Made by a program: the position numbers and the translations under genes. Positions 9,010-18,540 of a stretch of DNA of 64,000 bases are shown one piece after another. Below the pieces are notes generated by a model. The model saw only the letters and a program-made list of their open reading frames with translations. It had not been told where the DNA came from and did no database searches. The stretch lies in assembly GCA_900554175.1 (NCBI GenBank), contig USGK01000004.1, positions 1,957-65,956 on the forward strand, given 5' to 3'. The stretch is from an uncultured Clostridium sp. (GTDB lineage Bacteria; Bacillota; Clostridia; TANB77; CAG-508). Numbering within the stretch: position 1 is the stretch's first letter; the number at the start of each line of letters is the position of its first letter.

Positions 9010-10173
9010 TTAAATTATTAATTCGTTACTAATAATACATTCATAATTATATTTATTTTTTTCTTCTTCTTCTTTTAGTATTCGTATATTATCTATGTCA
9101 TAATTAAAAATAAGTTTTTTATTATTTTTATTATTTATTATAATATCAGCTAATATGCTTTTGTCTGGATGTCCATATTTTTTTCCATCTGTAGATATGA
9201 TATAATTACTAGCAATAATATTTTCCATTATTTCACGATTATTCCAATAACTTCCGTGATGAGGAATTTTTAGAATGTCAACCTTAAGTATTTTCTCAAT
9301 GTTATGCTTTTTTTCAAAATATAAATCTCCTGTAAATACCATTTTAATATCATTAAATTTTATTAGGATACCTATTGATACATCGTTAACTATAGAATAT
9401 ATACGTTTTTTATGATTAAGCTTTAACCAGTTTATAATATCTCTGTCTATCTGATCAGATATTGTTTCTGTAGTTTCAATACATTCTTCATTATTTAACA
9501 TCAACGTTTCAAAAAAATCTATAAATTTTTCACTTTTATTAATCTCATAGTCTTTTCCAAATAATACTTCTAATTGTTTCTCTAGATATTTGGTATATCT
9601 TTCTATTTTTAATTTACTTGGTGAAATTACATCTATAATGGCATTTCCCATCTTTATATTTTCAGTTTGTACTACTATGTTATCTATAAACTGTATATTT
9701 ATTGGATAATTTAACTTATTACAAATATATTCAAAAGATTTTAAGTCATTTGCACTTACATAATTGTTGTCTTCATCAAAAGAATCCATTTCATTATATG
9801 CTTTTATTATTCGCATTTTTTTTAATTGTCTTTGATTTATATTATTAGATAACTTCTTTTGAAAAACTAAATTTTTAAAGCCATTAAACCATATATTTTC
9901 AATTTTTATAATATTTGGATTATTATAATCACCATTTTCTTCTAGCAACCTTTTTGCTCCACCAATATGATCCTTATCAATATGAGTTATTACTAATAAA
10001 GTAATCTTTTTTCCTATTTTTTTCAATTCTATAAGTAATGGCTTTAAATAATTATAATACGTTTCTTTAAATCCTGTATCAATTAATATACATTCATTAT
10101 TATTAAATTCAATTAAAAAACAATCCCCTGCATTCGCTGGTAAAATATGAATTTTAGCATTCCAATCTGCCAT
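9010..10173 (-). CDS. MBL-fold metallo-hydrolase (ComEC-type beta-lactamase fold)
   Basis: ITHIDKDHIGGA is an HxDxDH variant of HxHxDH. A C-terminal PHHGS and GHPD are also present. The gene ends 12 nt before the protease-NTPase start. Confidence 0.8.
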   Translation of the reverse strand: MADWNAKIHILPANAGDCFLIEFNNNECILIDTGFKETYYNYLKPLLIELKKIGKKITLLVITHIDKDHIGGAKRLLEENGDYNNPNIIKIENIWFNGFKNLVFQKKLSNNINQRQLKKMRIIKAYNEMDSFDEDNNYVSANDLKSFEYICNKLNYPINIQFIDNIVVQTENIKMGNAIIDVISPSKLKIERYTKYLEKQLEVLFGKDYEINKSEKFIDFFETLMLNNEECIETTETISDQIDRDIINWLKLNHKKRIYSIVNDVSIGILIKFNDIKMVFTGDLYFEKKHNIEKILKVDILKIPHHGSYWNNREIMENIIASNYIISTDGKKYGHPDKSILADIIINNKNNKKLIFNYDIDNIRILKEEEEKNKYNYECIISNELII

Positions 10174-10234
10174 ACATAATCAATTCCTTTCTAAAAAGTT
10201 ACAGAAAACATATAGTATAACTAATATAAGCTTT

Positions 10235-11371
10235 TTATTTTTCATGACTTTTAAAATAATTATAAGCTTTAACTAGACAATATAATTCTCTAATGTTCGA
10301 AATATTAGCATTAAAAGGTTTAATTCTATCACTAAAATGATTAATCAATATCATTTCCATATCTTCATTATTCCAATACTCATATAATTTAGTATAATAG
10401 TAACTTGAATTTTTAGTAAAATATTCTACTTTACTATCTATAATATTTTCAACCTCATTTATGTTTTCTACTTTTTCAGGATTTTGTAACGCATTATATA
10501 AATATGGTATTTGATTAATTAATACATTTTTAAACTTTTCATACAATTTCCTATTTTGTTTATCTGTTATTTTTGTATTTAATAACATTTTTACATCTTT
10601 TATTGCAACATTATATCTACCATTTAATCTTTTTTCATCTTCTTTTATTAAAACATTTAATTGTTTAATAGGCTTATCTATTTTTTGTATTTTTATTTTC
10701 GATAATTCTTTTTTATATGCATTGATCATTACTAAAAAATCATTATAAATATTATCTAAATAATTAATACATTTATCCAAGTACTTTTCTATATCTTTAA
10801 AGCTAAATCCGAATTCGAGTTGCTCCCATGATTTTTTCTTATCTTTTTTCCATAGCAATGTATAATAATCCCAATTTTTTACTTTTCCATAAAGTTTATC
10901 AGGCAAAGAATTATATGGAGTTGGATAAGTTGAAACAATAAATTCATTATTATCTTTAAGCTTTGTTGGATGTGCTCCAAAAATAGCTCTAATATTTTTA
11001 AAGTGCTCCCAATCATCCTTTTCTTTATCTTTAAAAATTTCACTACTTTTATAAAACAGTCTAGCTTTTTCATTATCTTTCGCTATTTTGTTAATATCGT
11101 TTATTCCTTCAATAACTATATCAACCGATGAAAGAAATAAATAAACTTCTCCCCAATTATAATCTTCTTTATTTTCTTTTAACAAATTCTCACTATTTAG
11201 ATAACTCTCAACTGTTCTAAACCAGTGTACTGCTGAACAAATAATATTCCATTTGTCATCAGAGTATTTTTTATCGAGCACTAATAAAATATCATCTTGT
11301 TTTTCACCATTAATAAATTCACTTAAGCAATTTAGTTTTCTTAATCTTTCCTCATACTTCATTTGGCACAC
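10235..11371 (-). CDS. hypothetical helical protein (378 aa), possible HEPN-like Rx5H motif
   Basis: NIRAIFGAHPT fits Rx4-6H. No other motif recognised. Its start overlaps the upstream gene by 20 nt. Confidence 0.5.
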   Translation of the reverse strand: MCQMKYEERLRKLNCLSEFINGEKQDDILLVLDKKYSDDKWNIICSAVHWFRTVESYLNSENLLKENKEDYNWGEVYLFLSSVDIVIEGINDINKIAKDNEKARLFYKSSEIFKDKEKDDWEHFKNIRAIFGAHPTKLKDNNEFIVSTYPTPYNSLPDKLYGKVKNWDYYTLLWKKDKKKSWEQLEFGFSFKDIEKYLDKCINYLDNIYNDFLVMINAYKKELSKIKIQKIDKPIKQLNVLIKEDEKRLNGRYNVAIKDVKMLLNTKITDKQNRKLYEKFKNVLINQIPYLYNALQNPEKVENINEVENIIDSKVEYFTKNSSYYYTKLYEYWNNEDMEMILINHFSDRIKPFNANISNIRELYCLVKAYNYFKSHEK

Positions 11372-12341
11372 ACCCTTGTTTTAAAAAACTTTCTAAAAAT
11401 TCAATAACAGCAACTGGATTTTCTTTTATAATCTTATCCAATTTTTTCATTTCTTCTTGAAGTTGTTTTAAATCATTATTACTTTGTTTAATATAATCCT
11501 TATTTATATCTTCATATAGTAAACCACTATACCTACTTAAGTATTCTTTTGTATATTTTTCTCTATTAATATCTGATATTAAAATATACCATCCTACAAA
11601 CATATACTCATATCCAATTGAATTACAATCATCATTAGTAATATACTTTAAACAACAATTCAATAAAACTTCTAAAAAGTACATATTTTGTTTGGCTATC
11701 ATTAAAAATAAATCCTCATCATTATTCAAAGTACCTTCAACCATTTCATTTACAACTAAAGTACTGTGTGTAAATAAACATAACTTATCATAATACTCAT
11801 CTAACAACTTCTGAATCTGCCTATTACTCATATCTCCAAACATGTCTTTATCTATCATTTTTAATTTTGCTTTAAAAAGATTTCTAAGTTTTTGCTGTTT
11901 AGTATAAAATCTATCTTCATCTCTCAATCCTAATTTTTTAAATTCTTCATATACGTTAGAATCTAAATATATCATCATTCCCATAACAAGATTTTCAAAA
12001 GCAGATCTTATTAATGTGTTTGAATCTACTAGACTATTATTTTTAACTAATTTTTGCACATTCTTTATAGTCATGTATGATTGATTTAACAAATTACAAC
12101 TTTCTTTAGGCAAGTTCTTATCATCCATTAAATATAATTTTTTAATATTTTTACTAGTACTTCTTCTTAAAGGAACTATGCATTTGCTTTTACAAAGATT
12201 TCTAAAAATTTTCTTTAATTCAATTAATCGATCTTTAGTTAAAAATTCCAATAGTTTATATAATTTTTCTTCCCTATTTTCAGTACCAAGTGTATTTAAA
12301 ATATCTTCTGCTGTTATATCTATTTCATTATCTTTTCTCAA
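11352..12341 (-). CDS. hypothetical helical protein (329 aa)
   Basis: TTG start with AAGGAG 8 nt upstream. No firm motif (IRSAFENLV ... LCLFTHST). First gene after the res terminator-like hairpin. Confidence 0.5.
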   Translation of the reverse strand: MRKDNEIDITAEDILNTLGTENREEKLYKLLEFLTKDRLIELKKIFRNLCKSKCIVPLRRSTSKNIKKLYLMDDKNLPKESCNLLNQSYMTIKNVQKLVKNNSLVDSNTLIRSAFENLVMGMMIYLDSNVYEEFKKLGLRDEDRFYTKQQKLRNLFKAKLKMIDKDMFGDMSNRQIQKLLDEYYDKLCLFTHSTLVVNEMVEGTLNNDEDLFLMIAKQNMYFLEVLLNCCLKYITNDDCNSIGYEYMFVGWYILISDINREKYTKEYLSRYSGLLYEDINKDYIKQSNNDLKQLQEEMKKLDKIIKENPVAVIEFLESFLKQGCVPNEV

Positions 12342-12414
12342 ATTCTCTTCTCCTTATTAAAAAAAGCAAAATACTCACGTAATACCTATACATCGTATCT
12401 TGCTTTTCTTTAGT

Positions 12415-15030
12415 TTATAAATTACTAATCCACTTATCTATTGCTTCTCCAAATTCTTTTCTACGATACTCCTCATTGTAAAATGGCAATCCTATTATCT
12501 TATATTCGTTTCCATAATCAAACATTGGATTAGTATATGCATTTTCTTCCATTTCTAACATAAACTCCTCTTTCCATTTATCTTCTTCTAACAGATTATT
12601 TCCTTTAGGCTCAGCATATATTTGATGTGTAATATAATTATCGTTTGTTTTCTTCCTAACAAATAATAAGAAATCTGGTTCAAATCTTTCACCATGTTCA
12701 AAACTGTATATTGCTAAATCTGAAATTCTTTCATTTCTTACTATATAATATTCTAATCCTTTTTCTTTCAATTTTGGTTCAATGTCAGTTTTAAAATATT
12801 TTATAAATAGTTTTTCTTCACTTGTACCATAATTATCATTAAATACATACCATGGTTCATTTGTTAGATCAAGTTTGTACTCTGTATTTCTGCAATTATT
12901 TTGGGAGTCACCTTTTCCACCATTTTCATCTATTTTTGATAAGTATATCACCTTATCCTTTAGCACTGCTTTAAGTTGCATTGGTTCAAATTGTTTAGTG
13001 CCTTCAAATTCCTGCTTAATTGATGTCACATGATTTGAAATATTATTGAAAGCTCTTATACAAGCATTTCTCAAATCTTTTCCCTTAATATCATTTAAAT
13101 ATGTAATTTCAATAACTGAATTTCCAAGATATTCGTCAGATGTTAAGAATTCTTTCATTGTCTTAACATTAGGGTATTTACTTTTTATAACATTGAATTT
13201 TAACTCATTATATCTTTCTGCAGCCCCAATCAAAATATTATAATCGATATCTTTAAACTTAAATGTACTAATTTTGCTTTCAATATTTAATTCATTATTT
13301 ATGTTTTCTCCCATTAAAGCAAACACGTTTCCCTGATTTGATTTTACGGTATATCTATATACCTTATTTTTTATACTATCCTCAATGTCAATAACATCTT
13401 TTCTGTCCTTAGGAATACGTTTATTGGCATATACTAATGCTTTATTATAAAATTGTGATTCTTTAAATTCTTCCTTCAATTTATATTCTAGCTTTATTGG
13501 ATCCTTATCTTGTAACCCTGTTTGTATTAATGCTTGTCTTAATTCTGCTATATATTTAGAATCATTTCTACTGTGGAAAAACATAGTTTCTAATATTCTC
13601 AATTCATTTGATAAATCATTATCATATTTTCTTTTATATTTTTCTTGTTCTTCGTTTATTTTAAAAGGACAATATCTTGCCCCACGTCCTATTAGCTGTG
13701 CTTCTTTTATTGTGTAATTTCCAATTTTACCAGCAGTTCCACTTCCTTGTCTGGTATCATATAGTCTAACAATATCAAACAAATTTAAAACATCCCAACC
13801 TTCATTAAGCATATCTACAGTAAATATAACACGTATTGGATTATCTTTATCTTCCAAGGAATTAACTAATAATTGTTTTTCTCTATTATTATCCGTAGTT
13901 TCATTCATGATTATTGCTGTTTCTTTTGTAAATGAATTTTGTATACTATGTTCTAATAATTCAAATGTCGAATCTTTACTTTTAAAATAATCTAAAGCTT
14001 TATTTAATATTTCAATATTGGAATTGTATAAATTCATTAATTCATAGCTATTTAATTTTTCCAAATTATTAAAGAAAACATCATAGAATTCTTTTGATTC
14101 TTTTATTTTTTGAGATTTTAACATTACTACAGGTTTCAAATTAATCTTATTATCATTGAAAAGATATTTTCTATATTCGCTTAATACGAGAGCCATTAAT
14201 GTTCTATCCCACAATTCACTTTCTGTAGCAAAGTTTTGAAAATCCTTAGTATATCCACTTTCTCTAAAATTCTTTAATGGATAATTATAAATTATTTTAT
14301 CCCTATATTTGACTTCAACATTTCTATCCTTTAAATCAGCTGTTGCTGTGAATTCAAGCATTATACTATCTCTATTTTGAGCTAGTGCATTTGTAACAGA
14401 ATATTCCCAACTATTTCTTTCGTTTTCTTCTGTTTTGGTTTCTTTTTTGGTAAGCGTATTTATATGATGACTTTCATCTGAAATAAATACTATTTTATTA
14501 TCCTCAAAATCTTTATATGTAAGTGCATTTTCTCTAGCTGTGAATAAATCCAAATGTAATTTCTGTGTTGTTGTAAAACAAATTTGTATATCCTCTTCTA
14601 ATGGATCTACACTAAAATTTTCTACTTTTTTTATTTTTATTTTATTTCCTAAATAACTAATCTCCTCTGAAAAAAGATATTTGCTAGATGCTGTATCTGT
14701 AAAGTTATCTATTGTTTTTTCTACAACATTAGATTGATTTACAAAGAAAAGAAACTTTCTATATCCTTTTGTATATAAATAAAGCATTAATCCTGCCATA
14801 ATAACAGTTTTTCCACTTCCTGTTGCCATATGAAAAAGAGTATGTTTTTGCTTGTTCTTATGAATATTTTCATTTTCAAAATAAGTTACAAAATATTTAA
14901 GTGCAGAAATTTGATAATCACGTAAAACTATATTATCAGATAATCCCTCGTTTATTATAGTTGGCAATTCATTAAGCATTCCCATTTCTTCTAATACTTC
15001 TATTGTTTCATATAAATATTTATTTTCCAT
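12415..15030 (-). CDS. res: Type III restriction enzyme Res subunit (SF2 helicase plus C-terminal PD-(D/E)xK)
   Basis: Walker A MATGSGKT, DEAH-type box ISDESHH, and a C-terminal EPDF...AEPKG nuclease-like motif. It starts 5 nt after mod. Confidence 0.9.
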   Translation of the reverse strand: MENKYLYETIEVLEEMGMLNELPTIINEGLSDNIVLRDYQISALKYFVTYFENENIHKNKQKHTLFHMATGSGKTVIMAGLMLYLYTKGYRKFLFFVNQSNVVEKTIDNFTDTASSKYLFSEEISYLGNKIKIKKVENFSVDPLEEDIQICFTTTQKLHLDLFTARENALTYKDFEDNKIVFISDESHHINTLTKKETKTEENERNSWEYSVTNALAQNRDSIMLEFTATADLKDRNVEVKYRDKIIYNYPLKNFRESGYTKDFQNFATESELWDRTLMALVLSEYRKYLFNDNKINLKPVVMLKSQKIKESKEFYDVFFNNLEKLNSYELMNLYNSNIEILNKALDYFKSKDSTFELLEHSIQNSFTKETAIIMNETTDNNREKQLLVNSLEDKDNPIRVIFTVDMLNEGWDVLNLFDIVRLYDTRQGSGTAGKIGNYTIKEAQLIGRGARYCPFKINEEQEKYKRKYDNDLSNELRILETMFFHSRNDSKYIAELRQALIQTGLQDKDPIKLEYKLKEEFKESQFYNKALVYANKRIPKDRKDVIDIEDSIKNKVYRYTVKSNQGNVFALMGENINNELNIESKISTFKFKDIDYNILIGAAERYNELKFNVIKSKYPNVKTMKEFLTSDEYLGNSVIEITYLNDIKGKDLRNACIRAFNNISNHVTSIKQEFEGTKQFEPMQLKAVLKDKVIYLSKIDENGGKGDSQNNCRNTEYKLDLTNEPWYVFNDNYGTSEEKLFIKYFKTDIEPKLKEKGLEYYIVRNERISDLAIYSFEHGERFEPDFLLFVRKKTNDNYITHQIYAEPKGNNLLEEDKWKEEFMLEMEENAYTNPMFDYGNEYKIIGLPFYNEEYRRKEFGEAIDKWISNL

Positions 15031-15035
15031 ATCAT

Positions 15036-16781
15036 TTACACTCCTTCATAAAAAGATTTTGTAAATGATTTTTCGTCTTCTGTTATTTTATAATTCATAT
15101 CATCAATATCACTATAATTAATGTATAATTTATTCTTATCTATTAATGAAATTAGTGCTTTTTTCTTTTCCTCCAATGATAAATTATTGAATTCTTCATT
15201 TGCTTCTTTAATTTCATTTTTTGTAATATAAGATATTATCCTATCATCATTAATAATTTTTTCTTTTATTTCATCAATGCTATTCTCATTTGCATCTAAT
15301 ACATAGTTTACTAGCTCTTGTCCGTTTTCTTTTAATTCGCAATAAACAAAATCTCCTCCACCAATCCAATTAACATCTTTTGATATTCCTGCTTTTTCTC
15401 CATTTAAAACCTTTTGCATTCTAGAAATAATAATATCTATTTGTGATTGCATCTGCTCAATACCTATGTATCTTCTATTTAATTTGTGAGCTGTAGCAAT
15501 TGTAGTTCCTGTTCCTAAATGATAATCTAATACTAAATCGCCTTCATCTGTTGACATTTCAATAATTCTTTTTAATAATTCTTCTGGTTTTTGTCCTCCA
15601 GAAAATTCTTTTATTACTTCAACATCAGCTTTATTTCCATCTTTATATGCCATTGGATTTGCATATACTTGTTGTATATCATTCCATACTGTAGATAATG
15701 GAACTCCCTTGCTTTCATCTAAATATTGTCTAGTCCATACAGCATTTCCATTTTCATCTTTTCCTCTTTGACGTCTTTGATATTTTCTACCATCTTCATC
15801 TTCATATTTAAACCAATCTTTTATGTATTTCTCAGAATATGGAATGTATACTCTATTCTGTTTTCTTTGTTGATAATTTTTAGCATAATGTAAAATATAG
15901 TCATGAATATTAACTGGCTTCGGAGTTGCAGCACGTCCTCCAGAAGGTGATCCATATGCCCATATTAACTCTTCTACAAAATTATCTTTTCCAAAAATTT
16001 CATCTGCTAAAACCTTCAAATAATGTGATTGATTAACGTCTATATGTATAAATATATTTCCATCTTGTGTTAATAAATCTTTCGCTATCGTTAATCTATT
16101 TTTCATAAAAGTCAACCATGTTGACCTATTAAATTTGTCATTATAATTAAAGCTATCATTTCCTGTATTAAAAGGTGGATCTATATAAATACAATTAACT
16201 TTACCATTATATTTTTTTAATAATGAAGTTAGTGCTATAAGATTATTTCCTTTTATAATTAAATTATCATTTTCATTAAACTTAGATAGACTTATATTTC
16301 CATCTTTTGTATATTTCTTTATATTAGTAAAAACTTTAGGTGAGAGCATTCTTGAAATCTCATCACTAGCAATCGTTTCATTAAAGAATATCTCATCACG
16401 TTTTTGATCCTCCTTTGTCTGTCCTCCCTCTAAAACACAATCTTTATATGGAAAATCTATCACAATATCATTATTTTGACTTATAAATTTATAATTAGAA
16501 GCTAATCCTATTTTATTTGTATATTTTGTATAGCTATCTGGTAAAAATTCTTTTTCTTCTACAAACCAGGCAAATCCCTGCTTATCAAAAACATAATTAT
16601 TATTAATCTCAACAAAAAATTTTTTCTTTGTAGCCTCATTTTTTAATAATGTTTCTATTAATTCTTTATTCATAGTCATAGCATCACTATATACATTAGC
16701 TTTTAATAAGTTTCCATCTTCAGATAAATATCTTTCATTACTTTTTAATAAATCTACTACTATATCATAAATATTTTTCAT
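15036..16781 (-). CDS. mod: Type III DNA methyltransferase Mod subunit (beta-class N6A/N4C MTase)
   Basis: Motif IV IYIDPPFNTG precedes the motif I-like LDYHLGTGTT, which is the beta-class order. It lies directly upstream of res. Confidence 0.9.
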   Translation of the reverse strand: MKNIYDIVVDLLKSNERYLSEDGNLLKANVYSDAMTMNKELIETLLKNEATKKKFFVEINNNYVFDKQGFAWFVEEKEFLPDSYTKYTNKIGLASNYKFISQNNDIVIDFPYKDCVLEGGQTKEDQKRDEIFFNETIASDEISRMLSPKVFTNIKKYTKDGNISLSKFNENDNLIIKGNNLIALTSLLKKYNGKVNCIYIDPPFNTGNDSFNYNDKFNRSTWLTFMKNRLTIAKDLLTQDGNIFIHIDVNQSHYLKVLADEIFGKDNFVEELIWAYGSPSGGRAATPKPVNIHDYILHYAKNYQQRKQNRVYIPYSEKYIKDWFKYEDEDGRKYQRRQRGKDENGNAVWTRQYLDESKGVPLSTVWNDIQQVYANPMAYKDGNKADVEVIKEFSGGQKPEELLKRIIEMSTDEGDLVLDYHLGTGTTIATAHKLNRRYIGIEQMQSQIDIIISRMQKVLNGEKAGISKDVNWIGGGDFVYCELKENGQELVNYVLDANENSIDEIKEKIINDDRIISYITKNEIKEANEEFNNLSLEEKKKALISLIDKNKLYINYSDIDDMNYKITEDEKSFTKSFYEGV

Positions 16782-16790
16782 ATTATCCCC

Positions 16791-17015
16791 CTATTTCTTT
16801 TTCCACTCAATTTCATATCCTATTATTTCTGCAATTCTTTTAACTTCTGAATATTTTATTGTTCCCTTTGTAAGTTTGTTAGATAAATTTTGTAATGCAA
16901 CCTTACTTTTTCCATCACTAAGTTTTTCTGCCACTTCACCCATTTGCCAACCACTTAAAGTTATATAACCTTTAACTTCATCCTTTATAGATTGTGATTT
17001 TTCTTTACTCTTCAT
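16791..17015 (-). CDS. small HTH DNA-binding protein (possible R-M controller or element regulator)
   Basis: 74 aa. GWQMGEVAEKLSDGKSKVALQNLSNKLTKGTIKYSEVKRIAEIIGYEIEW is an XRE-like layout. It ends 9 nt before mod. Confidence 0.6.
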   Translation of the reverse strand: MKSKEKSQSIKDEVKGYITLSGWQMGEVAEKLSDGKSKVALQNLSNKLTKGTIKYSEVKRIAEIIGYEIEWKKK

Positions 17016-17128
17016 CTTTCACCTCACACATTTTTATTCTATTCCTTTTATATCATATTATATATTTAAATGCAATATACTTTTATCACAATTTATTATA
17101 TTTCTATACTATTTCGTATATTTTTATA

Positions 17129-18511
17129 TTATCTCACTTTTTTCTTATTCTTCACTTTTTCCTTCTCATTCTGCTTATTCCACTTTTCTTCCTCAATAAA
17201 CTTAATCTCCTCTAATATTTTATTAGTTCTCTCAATTATATCATCACAATAAAACAATTCTCTTTTCACATTTTTAATTATATCAGTTACTTTTATAATA
17301 TCTTCAGTAACAGAATCTTTTTCAATTCCTCCATCTAAAGCTTTTCTTTTATAATAAAGTCTATTCCTCTCATTATATAAATTCTTTAACTCATCTTGCT
17401 TTGATTCTCTATGCTTTCTAACATCGTCCAAAGTTTTCAATTTATATTTACAAAGCATCTTAGCTTCAGCAGAATATTGATCTAATCTCTTTACTTCTCG
17501 TCTCATCTCTGGAGACATCTTATATTGTAATTGTTTCCTTGGGTAAACTTTTAACAAAAAACAATAGTACTTATACAATGCTATCAATCCTTTAGGTTTA
17601 TACAGATTTTTAGCATGTCCATAATAGGTAAACTTCCTTGCTGGAATTGTTGCAACAAAATTTACTTTTTCGTATTCTCTCCATGGATTTATATCAAAAA
17701 TAATATGTCTAATATTATCCATAGAATATTCTTCTCCAAATCTTCTTTCTACTCTTATATTTCTTTTATATGGTTCTTTTCTTATACTTAATTTACCTGC
17801 TCGATAATAGTATTTATATCCCATAGAAGATAATATTTTTTCAAATTGTCTTTGACTTAGTGCATGGTTTATTGCATAATCTAAATCTTCTTTTGCAAAT
17901 TGAATATATTCAGATTCTTTTGTACTTTTCTTATAATAATTTTCAAAATTTATTCCAGATTTACAAGTCTTCTCTTCTAAAACACTTAATCCATATTCTT
18001 CACAAAGTTCATCAGAAGTTTTTCTAAGTAGTGCCGTATTTTCTCTATTGCTATAATACTTTTTTCCATCTTTAAATGAAACTGAATTTAGTACAAAATG
18101 ATTATGAATATGATCTGTATTCAAATGAGTTGTAACTACAACTTGAAATCTATCTCCCCACATTTCATTAGCAAGTTTTACTCCAATTTCATGAGCAAGT
18201 TCTGGGGTAACTTCTCCTTCTTTAAAAGATTGTTCACCATGAAAAGCAAGTATGCCATCTGTCTTTCCATTTATTATTTTTACAAGTTCCATTTCTTTTG
18301 CTGCATCTTCTGCTTTACAATTTATACCTGTCACATAAAATTGTTTTTCAGTTTTATCTGCATTTGTTGCATACATCAAAACATCTCTTACATTTTCAAA
18401 TTTATCCATTCCAAATTCATAACAATCGTTTTTAGTTTTCTCTTTATTTTTTATATAATTTATTGCATTATCTATTCTTGATTCCACCTTCCAAATTTTT
18501 GTTGTCGCCAT
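17129..18511 (-). CDS. mobilisation relaxase (MobA/VirD2-type relaxase domain)
   Basis: N-terminal relaxase domain with histidine triad context TTHLNTDHIHNHFVLN. C-terminal coiled-coil, Lys-rich tail. Confidence 0.85.
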   Translation of the reverse strand: MATTKIWKVESRIDNAINYIKNKEKTKNDCYEFGMDKFENVRDVLMYATNADKTEKQFYVTGINCKAEDAAKEMELVKIINGKTDGILAFHGEQSFKEGEVTPELAHEIGVKLANEMWGDRFQVVVTTHLNTDHIHNHFVLNSVSFKDGKKYYSNRENTALLRKTSDELCEEYGLSVLEEKTCKSGINFENYYKKSTKESEYIQFAKEDLDYAINHALSQRQFEKILSSMGYKYYYRAGKLSIRKEPYKRNIRVERRFGEEYSMDNIRHIIFDINPWREYEKVNFVATIPARKFTYYGHAKNLYKPKGLIALYKYYCFLLKVYPRKQLQYKMSPEMRREVKRLDQYSAEAKMLCKYKLKTLDDVRKHRESKQDELKNLYNERNRLYYKRKALDGGIEKDSVTEDIIKVTDIIKNVKRELFYCDDIIERTNKILEEIKFIEEEKWNKQNEKEKVKNKKKVR

Positions 18512-18540
18512 CTTTTCACCTCCATTATTTTTTATAAAAA

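Noticed and set aside
10879-11073. 64-aa same-strand ORF in an alternative frame inside the 378-aa gene.
   Set aside because: It is fully nested in a longer ORF that has operon-consistent boundaries. No RBS or motif supports it.
12360-12408. A hairpin after res as a firm rho-independent terminator.
   Set aside because: The 8-bp stem (aaaagcaa/ttgctttt) encloses a ~30-nt loop, which is atypical. It is used only as weak evidence that the downstream cluster is a separate transcription unit.
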